A stretch of DNA of 48,094 nt from Dicyema japonicum (lineage: Eukaryota; Animalia; Dicyemida), in contig RDEW01000004.1 in the NCBI GenBank assembly GCA_011109175.1, positions 1,853,769 through 1,901,862 on the forward strand. Reading direction: 5' to 3'. The notes beneath the pieces are model-generated. The model saw only the letters and a list, made by a program, of their open reading frames with translations, did no database searches and was not told the origin of the DNA. Position 1 is the first letter of the stretch, and each line of letters begins with the position of its first letter. Position numbers and translations under genes: made by a program. This document shows, piece after piece, positions 38,515-48,094 of the stretch.

Positions 38515-38775
38515 TTCTAGACCATCATATCGGCACCATACCTGGATTGGTATTGCGTCTGACTATTTCACATCAGTGAGATAGTGCTCGGATTGTCCAG
38601 GAAGGTCGTGAATATTTGCCAGCATCTTTCCGCTTCTTATCGACATCATTTACTCTGGCTCTCTCCCTGACCTCTTGGTTTTGTGGACACTTGAGTTGGT
38701 TTCTATTTTTAATTAAGGTGTTTTCAAATTTATCATCATAGTCGAATGAGTAGACGTGTTTTTTCTATAAAACGT

Positions 38776-38997
38776 TTTGACTTTGATTATTTGTTAAAGT
38801 GGAAAAATGCATTATTGATAAACTTAAAAGGCTTATAGTCAATAAAGGCAGTGAAATTCTTTCAATTGGCATTCTTGTACTCATCCCTTTGACTTTGATT
38901 ATTTGTTAAAGTGGAAAAGTGCATTATTGATAAACTTAAAAGGCTTATAGTCAATAAAGGCAGTGGAAATCGTTCAATTTACATTCTTGTACTCATC
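38776..38997. repeat. Two-copy tandem duplication, 112 bp unit
   Basis: tttgactttgattatttg... at 38776 and 38888, with several mismatches clustered near the unit end. Confidence 0.93.
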
Positions 38998-39207
38998 TAT
39001 AAGTCTTTTATTTGTAAATGCTCTTCCTTATAGGGTTGTAGTCGCTCTATAAGGCGTAAACTAAATGCCAATTAAGAGAGAAGGCAACACTCCTTGAAGC
39101 ATGTATTAAATTGAGAAATGTTATAATATCCTCGACTCTATATATTGTTCTTCTATTCATCAGCGGATCGTTCAAAACTAAGAGATCATTTAGATTTGGT
39201 AGTAAGA

Positions 39208-39467
39208 GTGTTCTCTAATATTTGCTAATTGCTTCTATTGCAGGGTGTTTTAGTAACAAGTTTTTATCTGCCAATGAGAATATGAAGTCCTTTGCGCAGG
39301 AATTAGGAGGAAATGTGTATATATTCATAATCATGACGTGTTCTCTAATATTTGCTAATTGCTTCTATTGCAGGGTGTTTTAGTAACAAGTTTTTATCTG
39401 CCAATGAGAATATGAAGTCCTTTGCGCAGGAATTAGGAGGAAATGTGTATATATTCATAATCATGAC
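39208..39467. repeat. Two-copy tandem duplication, 130 bp unit
   Basis: gtgttctctaatatttgc... at 39208 and 39338, apparently identical. Confidence 0.95.
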
Positions 39468-39967
39468 TACTCCAATGTTTAAGCGGATGGAAATCGATAA
39501 TATTCAGTGGGCGGAGGTATGCTGTCAAATAAATGTCCACGTGATCGGCGATCCATTTCATGAGAGTGAAAATTTTTGATTTTATTAATCAAAAATTTTG
39601 ACTTGAAGGTCGATTTATTGAATTTAAAAGTTTAACATTTTTGGACTATGGCAAATTTATCTAATTTTTAATATAAAAAACTAATCTTTATTAAAATACA
39701 GTATGATATACTCAAAACGTATTCAGGTTTAAAATTCAGTCTTGAGATAATAATTTTCCAAATTATACAAATCTTTCCTCAACGGCAATGTTTTTAATTC
39801 ACGTGTACACCAATATAGTGGATTTCGGACCATTCAAATATTATAGTTTTCTATTGTAGGGTTTTCCACCATTCTTTCTATGAGTTATTCACATATATCT
39901 GTCCAGAATACCCTTTTCGTCGATCAAAACCAAAACTTTTTCAGCTCTATAATAAATGCAACTGAAA

Positions 39968-40030
39968 AAACCTCAAAAATGGCATAATTCTTTGTGTTGT
40001 CAAGTGAAACCTCAAAAATGGCATAATTCT
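39968..40030. repeat. 24 bp direct repeat, 39 bp period
   Basis: aaacctcaaaaatggcataattct at 39968 and 40007. Confidence 0.85.
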
Positions 40031-40325
40031 GAAATTTTCTACAGTTTGCGACAAGACCGAAGATAATGTCCAATGCCTTCAATTAAGTCTTGTATGTTTT
40101 ACTGTTAACTTATGAGAAGGAATATCGGATTATCGATCAAAGAGTCAGTAGATGAGAAAATCACATATTTTAGAAATTATGGAATAGTAACAAAAATGAT
40201 AAATTTGTTAGTTTGAGATGTTTCTTAGATTTATCAATGTAAAATAGTCTTAATTTTTTTGTTCTAATCCAATCTCCAAAGATTATCCAAAACACACTGA
40301 CTTCAATCGAGTTAGTTTATTCTAA

Positions 40326-40595
40326 CCAGAATAGCATCATCACCGTGACTAAACTTTAGGTCAACAGTCTATTATATAATTGCAACAATACTCCAGATAC
40401 ATTAGAACTAAGGCATCTCCTGTAATTGACAGATAAATGAGTTTTAAATTTTCCATTATTCCAGAATAGCATCATCACCGTGACTAAACTTTAGGTCAAC
40501 AGTCTATTATATAATTGCAACAATACTCCAGATACATTAGAACTAAGGCATCTCCTGTAATTGACAGATAAATGAGTTTTAAATTTTCCATTATT
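40326..40595. repeat. Two-copy tandem duplication, 135 bp unit
   Basis: ccagaatagcatcatcacc... at 40326 and 40461, apparently identical. Confidence 0.95.
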
Positions 40596-41227
40596 CCCAT
40601 ATTCCTATCACATATTATACTACACATACACGGGAAAGCACAGTCTCTTCCTACGGATCATTTACTTATACATGGAATCCAACGTTATCACTATTTTTGG
40701 AGACAACTGATTAGCAAGAATTGAACGTAGATTTTTTACTTATTAAAAAATCAATAGTTGACAATATTTCCATCTATCCAAAGTCCACTATAAGACTAAC
40801 TCTTCTCATTTGATTAAAACCCATTGAACTCAAATCCTCGTCCTATCAGGACTGACAGCTTCCATTTAAATGTGACATACTTGCGTCTTTGTCAATTGCG
40901 GATGAAGCAAAAGGGAAGGGTTTATACAAATCAGAGTGGTAATAAACGATTGAGAGATATAACAGAGTATGTTCCTCAAAATTAAACAAACAACAACCAG
41001 TTGACATCATTCTCTCAGGGAGATCATTAATAAATCATTTTACCTGAGAATCATGAAATTCTATTCTCAACAAGGCAATACATGCAAACAGCACAACAAA
41101 CACATAATTTCATTTGTAACATAAAATTTTAATTCGAAATAAATTATTTATATTGTCAATTTATTTTTCAATATTTTTAAAAAGAAAGATACGGTTATAC
41201 AATTTCTATTATTATTGAAAAATTACT

Positions 41228-41880
41228 GCGTGGCGTCATGCGATCTATCAGTTTGTAAAATTTCTGTAGGCGCTCAGGTTGCACCTAATGCATTGCGTAA
41301 AAAATACCATTAGCTCTCTTTAATCAGGGGGAACATTTTGCTCCCGGTCGACAAATTTCTGTCCTCGGCTTATCGGTTTCTGACCAACGCAAACCGAAGG
41401 ATTCGATTTATGTTATTAAACTGAACGTGAACGGGATTAAATGACAAATAATGGAACTTAGAGCACTTCATGGAAGACCTCTCATTTTAACAAGAAGGGC
41501 CTGAAATATGAAGAAATTTCATCAGAAATAAAGAAACTCCTGGGAAAATATAAAATAACTGAGATTATTGGGATATCTATCGGTTCTACGAGAGGAAAAC
41601 TGTTCTTAATGAATATTTATCTACCTCCTGGGTCATGCCCAGAAATACTCAATGGTGACCTGTCAGTTTTGAGGAGTTAAATGACGCTCTGATCTTTGGG
41701 GGTCTTAACGCAAGCATTCCCTCTGGCTGACAGACTAACCCGCCAATGCAAGGGGAAATTTACTGTAGTCTCGGATAAGATCTGAAAGTCATAAATGACC
41801 CTTCCAAAAACACGAGAGCACCAAGCAGGATCTCAGATTACCTCACCGACATTAAGCTTTGTTCCCCTTTTCTTTCTACA
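41228..41880 (+). mobile_element. LINE family A 5' fragment (signature plus APE)
   Basis: 5' signature shared with 31633. Encodes VIKLNVNG, MNIYLPPGSCPE and KVINDPSK, paralleling 31820-32330. Confidence 0.75.
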
Positions 41881-41899
41881 AGAATAAATTGATCCGTCA

Positions 41900-43250
41900 T
41901 CTATGACACTAAAAACAAAATAATCCAGCTGATATGATGGAATGGCTGTTTCCCCCGACAACTCCTTTGAAACAGCCATTCGGTTTCCCGACGATCATTA
42001 CTCACTTTCGATATCATTGACACATCGATCTTAGAAAACAGACCGTCTTGGGATCGAAGACTCAACGACAACGGGCTGTACATGGAATCAGATGGATACG
42101 CTGTCGTATACTTTTTATCTTAAAATTTTTGAAAGTCTGTGCAGCCTCCCCAGCTTTCAACGCGAAACCAGCAAGTCTTGACAGGGAAAAGGTGTCGGTA
42201 CAGGCCCCATTTCAAATCAAGCATTTCCCTGAGAGAAGGGGAAGACAGTTACTCAGTCCGGGCACTTTCCATCTTCACCGGTTCCAGAGATGACAGGAAT
42301 CTAGTCTCCATTAGAGAGCTCTTCAGAACCCCGTTGATGGCAGCATGGTGCGGCTGAGACAAGAGAGAAGGTGAAGTCTTTTTCAGTCGGCGACAGATCC
42401 AGAACGGCATGGATGATGTTGGGACAAGGCGATCCCGAAACGTAGTGATATCCCATTCCGGACGGCGTCCTGTTTCAGAAGGGAGCCAATTGACTATGAT
42501 GGGAACGCGTTAAACCAAGCATCGCTGTGCAAGCCCGACAGTGCAAGTCGCTTATTTCCATAAAAATCGAATAAGTATTCTTGTAATAAATGTTGGTCCA
42601 GTCGCTATGTATCCAGACGGGTTACTTCAAAAGTCACCGACTTACTCTTCAACCAATCAGCAATTTTGTTACTCCAGAGCCGGTTTGGAATAATCTGGAA
42701 GAATATTCCGAATAAGAAATGAGTTGCTTGATAAAGAGGACAGAAAGGATGGATAAGAAACGTCCACAGCAAAAGCTAGGACGATTCCTCCAAATCTGAG
42801 GTGCAAGAATGCTTGCATCAATCAAATGTTATCAAATTTAAATTAACAAATTCTTCAATAGACTTTGAATGTTGAAATTTTTCAGGCTATCCGGAAAGAG
42901 GTAGCAAAGAGAAGAACGTCCATAAACATTAATCTTGGAAGAAAAAGATAATTCTTTAGGAGAAAAAACGCATTATGTGGATCAGGTTCGTGCAATTTAG
43001 CGGTGGTTCCACAAATCTCCAATAGTTTATTATTAAGAATATGATGGATAATTCTCGTGAAAATGAGTGAGCCAAATACCATAAGGTGTTCCGCATAGGT
43101 AATAGCAGTATCGGAAAAAAAGAAATGATCCTGCATCGTTAATTAAATAATTCATCTTACGAGAGTCCCAGATTACAAATTTCAGATTTACGGGCATTAG
43201 TCTCGAGTCCATAACTGCTAAGAAGATGTATCCCATGACTTTTCATAACC
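41900..43250 (-). mobile_element. CRE-like retrotransposon: RT C-half, zinc finger and RLE, decayed
   Basis: HNAFFLLKNYLFLPRLM; QAFLHLRFGGI...PSFLSS; HSDAWFNAFP...ISLRFG...HPCRSG; HAAINGVLK...SLEP; DGKCPD; RETEWLFQR. Confidence 0.85.
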
Positions 43251-43379
43251 GACTCAGAAAATATATCGGTGAATTTTCTATAAACTCACGAATTTTCTAA
43301 AAACATCTTTTTATTGAATCTTTCATCTAATAAAAATTTCAAACTAACAGGTCTATCATTTTTATTACTATTTCACAGG

Positions 43380-43633
43380 TGCTATGTAAAAATATCTGAT
43401 TTTCTCATTCCATCTACCGACGCGATTTTATACTGTTAGCATTGAGTCGCATAATAAAAATAAATTTTGGTCCTGGGTTCGATTCTATGTCTCCAGAAAG
43501 TATGAGTATCCAGAATAGCAAGCAACGTCGCACATTTCGAGTCGAGCTTATCCATCCAGATAAACGAGTCGACCGGTAGATGATTCTTTTTGATATCTAT
43601 CAACACTGAAAGTCACGAACCACCCGACGCCAT
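43380..43633 (-). mobile_element. LINE 5' fragment with 2A-like peptide and APE start
   Basis: Degenerate signature atggcgtcgggtggttc at 43617-33, then the 2A, then IMRLNANSIKSR in a shifted frame. Confidence 0.65.
43468..43521 (-). other. 2A-like (StopGo/ribosome skipping) peptide LLFWILILSGDIESNPGP
   Basis: Exact D(V/I)ExNPGP consensus (gac ata gaa tcg aac cca gga cca) with a hydrophobic leader. Confidence 0.85.
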
Positions 43634-43809
43634 TTTAACATTTAGCGTCCGCTTTGTATATTTACTTTAATGCCGGTTTTCTTCACTATATTTTATTTAG
43701 AGGAAGGATTTGGTCGGCACACTCCTCCCTTGGGCTCCTTCCTTGGATTAATTAGTTGTGACTGTTTGTGTTGTGCTTACCAAATATTGTAAGCCTGGGG
43801 TTAATAAAT

Positions 43810-44099
43810 AATAATCCAAATACCAAGGGTCAAACTAAACTAACTGATTCCTTGATCCAGACGCATTCCAACAAAACTATTACCCAAGAACAGTGATTCA
43901 GAGGAAGTTGTTCGGAGAGCTGAGGGCGATTCCAGAACTCGTCGCCAGGGACAAATTTGTCTCCGGGTGGAATAAATAGTTGGATCCTTTTGAATTCTGG
44001 CCTGGCATTTTGCATCTCCTGAGTAAAATGTATCCAATGAAGCCATAAGAGCGAAGGAAAATAAAATATCAGCCTATTAACCACCACATGATGCAACGC
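43810..44099 (-). mobile_element. Short family A-like derivative (5' signature plus 3' end)
   Basis: Starts gcgttgcatcatgtgg. Ends ...ggaatcagttagtttagtttgacccttggtatttggattatattattt, like the other family A 3' UTRs. Confidence 0.5.
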
Positions 44100-44104
44100 G
44101 ACAT

Positions 44105-44560
44105 TTTGATTATTAAATTAAATAAATTCAAAAGACCAGTGTTAAACCGAAAAAACTAAACTAAGTGATCCCTACGAATTGGATCAAGTCTCTCATCTTT
44201 TCTTGGTTTTGATCTTTTGAGCCTACACAATTACGTTGCGGACGAGCACTTTCTTTTTGGGATCGGTGTCCATTCTTGTTTTTTTTGATTAGTTTCTCCA
44301 TGGGCGTCGGTGATTTAATATTTTCCCCTGTGTACCATCTCTCCGTTAGCTTGACCATTCTTGTTTTTTTTGATTAGTTTCTCCATGGGCGTCGGTGATT
44401 TAATATTTTCCCCTGTGTACCATCTCTCCGTTAGCTTGAAGGCCCTTTTTTGGGTTGCGGAGATTTTCTGGATGTTCGTATAAGAGGCCAGTGGTCCCTA
44501 TGAAGTACACGCATATGAAATGCATGGTTCGATGTACTGTGAGTAGAACGTTTTAAGTAA
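44105..44560 (-). mobile_element. LINE family A 3' fragment
   Basis: NCVGSKDQNQEKMRDLIQFVGIT* followed by a ttagtttagttt UTR. Confidence 0.7.
44270..44439. repeat. Two-copy tandem duplication, 85 bp unit
   Basis: ccattcttgtttttttt... at 44270 and 44355. Confidence 0.95.
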
Positions 44561-44800
44561 AGGGTGATGCACAATTTTCCATAGACTTGTTAGGCATTTC
44601 AGAAAGTTGATTTTCTTCTCACATTTGTTCAGCACGTTAGTGACGTGTCTCGAATAGTTCATGTGCGAAAATCAGACCCAATATTTTTTGCCATTTGCTG
44701 AACGGCAATGCTCTTCTCTCCACAGTAACCTCTATTGCCTGTTGAATTCATTGGCTTTTATTTCCTCGTTCACCACTTTTAGACATATCCTTGCTTCGGA

Positions 44801-44974
44801 GGAACGGATCCCTGATTTTTTGAGACGGTTTCGTTCCTTGACCAGAGCTTTCCTTCCGTACTTTCTCGTGTAAGCGATTATAAATAAGGGAACGGATCCC
44901 TGATTTTTTGAGACGGTTTCGTTCCTTGACCAGAGCTTTCCTTCCGTACTTTCTCGTGTAAGCGAATAAATAAG
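44801..44974. repeat. Two-copy tandem duplication, 88 bp unit
   Basis: ggaacggatccctg... at 44801 and 44889, with a small indel at the unit end. Confidence 0.95.
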
Positions 44975-45071
44975 TTTTCTTGACTTAAAGAAGTTGTAAA
45001 TTTATAACATAAAAAATAATTAAATTAAAAATAATAAATTTTAAGTGTCCCAAATGGTTTGAAAAAGAAAG

Positions 45072-45728
45072 ATGGTGTTAATTGGTCCAACAAAAAATGC
45101 GTTTTCAAATAATGTAGTAAGAATTCCTATACTATCCGGACTCATACAACACATTTTGTAATTATATGGTCATATTCCACTGCCTTATATTGAACTGTAC
45201 GAAATTACATCAGAAATTGAAAATATTTCTTATTTCTTCCATTTCATAAATTACTGGCTTCAAGTTTCAGAATTTTTCCAATTTTTTGAGGAAATTTGTC
45301 TTGTTGAGGATCTCTGCCAAATTGATGTTGTTTTTGGGAACTGCATTGAAGATGCTCGTATGTGCATAAGATTTATGCTTCCAAAATTATCGGAAGCTGA
45401 GATTTCCGAGGAATTAGTGAACTCTAAATATTTTCAACACTATTTGTCTAGTTTCTGAACTGTGAGGTCCTCTCAAAGAGTACTTCGACAAGGATTCATC
45501 TCTATCTCCACTTTTCCTAGATTCCAACCAATAAAAGTCATTTAATTTACGTGGATAAGTCTAAACTGCCGTCAATGTGTAAAACAGTTGAATTATGGTT
45601 TCGTGATAGACTGGGGGAATTCAATGATGAAGAGAACGAACAAAATTATAACTCGAGATTGTTCACTTATACTCTTCCTATCGTTTTGAGTGCTTTTAAT
45701 GATGACTGGTCGCCTGATTTAGTTTTAT
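45072..45728 (+). pseudogene. Putative decayed ORF of unknown family
   Basis: Frame 45072-45458 has one internal TAA (MVLIGP...QHIL*LYGHIPLPY...YLSSF*). A second open stretch runs 45521-45728. No motif recognised. Confidence 0.25.
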
Positions 45729-45949
45729 AAATATTTTTCTTTAATAAAACAGGAACTAATTTTGTAATTGTAAGGAACTATATGGTTGCTGATACTTTCC
45801 ACTAAAATTTGTACTAAAACGAGCTTATTAAGCATTTCCCTTCCTGACTCATGTAAATGAACACAAAAGCTTACGCTATTGAACACACGACTCTATAGAA
45901 AGTAGAAGATGTAAGAGGATGAAGCTCCTCCTAACGGTAAATGTATATC

Positions 45950-46662
45950 AAAGGTCAGGGCGAGATAAATTCTCTGTGATTTCCTGGAGAGATATAACGT
46001 TTCCATTGGGTGTCTGCAGTCTCGACGAGACCTATGGAAATATCGATTGATATCTAATTATGGACTATACTTTGAAAGTTGGTATCCACCATATATGTCA
46101 TGTGAGTGACAGGATTGATGTAATTCAAATACGACTTAACAGCAACTGTCCCTTCAAAATGACAATTATAAATGTGCGTGCGACAAATTGTGGGAAAGTG
46201 ATTAAAAATCCGTCTGAGAGGACTTTTATTGCAACGAATTAGAATCGTCCGCACTGATATTATTTTCTTGTGATCTAAATGCAAAAATTGGAGTTAAAAA
46301 AACCCAAATAAAATTTTATGGGATAACGTGGAAGTGACTCTATGCGTTCCACAGAAGGAAAATACTTGTGGTCATTGGTAACCAATGACACCAAAATAAA
46401 GATCTTGAAACTATCAAAAACAATCATCAAAGATCAATGGAAACTCTTAGGACGCATAGAGGGTCTTGACCCTACAACTTCATCGAAATATATGATGGAA
46501 GTGTATTTCACAGTGGAATTCCCGAAATTCGAAGGTAGATTTAAAATAACCCTTCCGGTTGTTCTCAATCTGATTAAATCAAAATCAATAGTAAACTCCT
46601 CACAAAAGAATATTTCGATAGCAAAAATGATCACCCACGTCTTCTTTGAGACAACAGATTAA
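45950..46662 (+). mobile_element. RTE-like APE endonuclease remnant
   Basis: VSDRIDVIQI...TIINVRA; LFSCDLNAKIG (GD.NAK.G); KYLWS (K.TW.S). Confidence 0.55.
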
Positions 46663-46959
46663 AATGACGTTCTAGTTGGATAACTTCCAAGTGAGATTTA
46701 TAGTATTTGCACGTTAAAACAATGACAGTAGTTTGAGTTCTACAACCATGCAACTTTTCAACTTCAGTGGGCTTCAATAATCCTTGAGAAGTAATTCCAT
46801 TATCTATGAGTACAATCTATTATTCACCTTATCGTGGACTAAAATATCAGGTTTATTGAACCTGACCAGCGTACTCTCTGAGTACTGACAATAGAGTTAA
46901 AAAATGTTCATTACAAATTGTTCATTACTAAATTAAGCTTATAAAGTCACAATTGTCAC

Positions 46960-47298
46960 ATGAAAATTTGGTTCATTTTTCTAACTGCAATGTACTTTTT
47001 TTATGAAATCAACAAATTTTTTTCAGAAAACAAGGCTGACTGATGAACAGTTGTCATCCCTGATCAAGGTCGGAACTGATAATACATTTCAGATACGAAA
47101 AATTGTCAAAAAAAGAGGGACCTCAGAATAAAGACTAAAGAGTGAAAATGATAATTTAAAAAAAGTGATTAAAATTGTTATTTTATCGTCGTGGAGCTTC
47201 ATCGTAATGTAGCCTTTGTAGTAGATTTGTTAGTGTAATACAGTTGTACACTCAAATTATCTTATGCGGTCCTGAAGCTTTCTAGTTTGACATGCCCG
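46960..47298 (+). mobile_element. hAT transposase C-terminus and terminal end
   Basis: TRLTDEQLSSLIKVGTDNTFQ. Terminus agtttgacatgcccg followed by ataTAgac. DNA homology with 34570-34905. Confidence 0.75.
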
Positions 47299-47299
47299 A

Positions 47300-48094
47300 T
47301 ATAGACAATATTGGAAATTTACTATTAAAATTTAACACAAACACTGACACCCCTCAAGGAGACTCTCTCCCATTTAACGTTTACGACAATTTTAGAACAA
47401 CTATGAGGGAACTCAGACTGTTATAAAAAAAAGAAAATAGAAGAATCTATGCAGACGACGTCGATCTAATTTCTGAAGAAAGAGCGCTCTTGGGACATAT
47501 ATTAGAAAAAACATCGGATATACTTGGGAAATGATTTCTTACAGTAAACAGAGACAAAACAGAATTCAAGGAAATAAAATGAATGAGTAAAGAGAAATGA
47601 CGAGATGCAAAAACTCAGTTTCATTCTAGGAGAAAGTGATGATATACAAAAAACCTTGGCAAATGCGAAAAAACTAAAAAGCGAAGATGGATCAGCAACA
47701 AACTAAGGATTTAAAACTCGCTTATAAAACCTATTCTGCTATACAAAACTGGGATCTAGGCTACCTCAAAAAAGTGGAGAGGCTTTGAATCTTTCAGGAA
47801 TAACCTTAGAAAAAAACAGGAATGTGGTGCTCAACCAGAAACTCATGCAAAGGAATTTATAAGATATGTGGGTGTACATCAATAAGCCAGGAGATAGTGG
47901 AATCCGTTAGAGACTATTCGGGCACATTCTGAGAATGGAGTTGGAATCACGGTCGAACAGAACTATGAATGATCACGATGTTTGCTAAGGAAGCCGTTCC
48001 CATGAAAAGCCTAAGATAACTTAAAAACGTAAAGCAAAAATTAAAATCCAGTGACGACACAATAAGAACCCTAGCTAAAATAGAGATATCTTCA
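47300..48094 (+). mobile_element. RTE-like LINE RT C-half, decayed
   Basis: TPQGDSL; IYADDVDLI; LTVNRDKTEF; LGESDDI; LY.ICG...RLFGHILRM. Confidence 0.85.

Noticed and set aside
39180-39560. Second Tc1 transposase remnant (RFGSKSVL...QELGGNVYIF)
   Set aside because: No catalytic motif or TIR retained, so the similarity is too weak.
43475-43485. gggttcgattc as a tRNA/SINE B-box (also gggttcgaatc at 20924)
   Set aside because: No A-box or cloverleaf. At 43475 it is the antisense of the ESNP codons of the 2A peptide.
2131-44974. CRISPR array or satellite interpretation of repeats
   Set aside because: Units are two-copy and spacer-less, the recurrent motif is dispersed, and there are no cas genes in a eukaryotic TE context.
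45072-45458. Alternative genetic code (TAA read as Gln)
   Set aside because: It rests on one stop in an unidentified frame. The carrier gene ends in TAG and several TE ORFs end in TAA.

Overview
AT-rich eukaryotic draft-assembly DNA with one 407-N gap (35973-36379), almost entirely a nested graveyard of decayed transposable elements. No prokaryotic genes, rRNA, intact tRNA or CRISPR are supported. All protein calls come from manual translation and recognition of family motifs, not database searches, and the boundaries of decayed copies are approximate. The recognisable content is: (1) several APE-type LINE families, here labelled A, B, C and D, including a near-full-length 2.75 kb APE+RT copy at 31633-34390; (2) RTE-clade fragments; (3) five CRE-like restriction-like-endonuclease (RLE) domains; (4) an R4/Dong-like RT; (5) a Tc1 element with both TIRs and a TA TSD; (6) Buster/Charlie-type hAT ends and internally deleted copies; (7) ten two-copy tandem duplications; and (8) one host-type coding fragment, the C-terminus of a mitochondrial carrier. 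The most interesting signal is a coherent Ingi/L1Tc-like retroelement architecture. A 5' signature, GCGTGGCGYCATGTGG, recurs about 12 times at element boundaries. It is followed in three copies by a conserved, covarying RNA structure (a ribozyme or promoter candidate). A perfect 2A/StopGo peptide (LILSGDIESNPGP) lies ahead of an APE start, and short bipartite 5'+3' derivatives are present. Function is hypothesis only.
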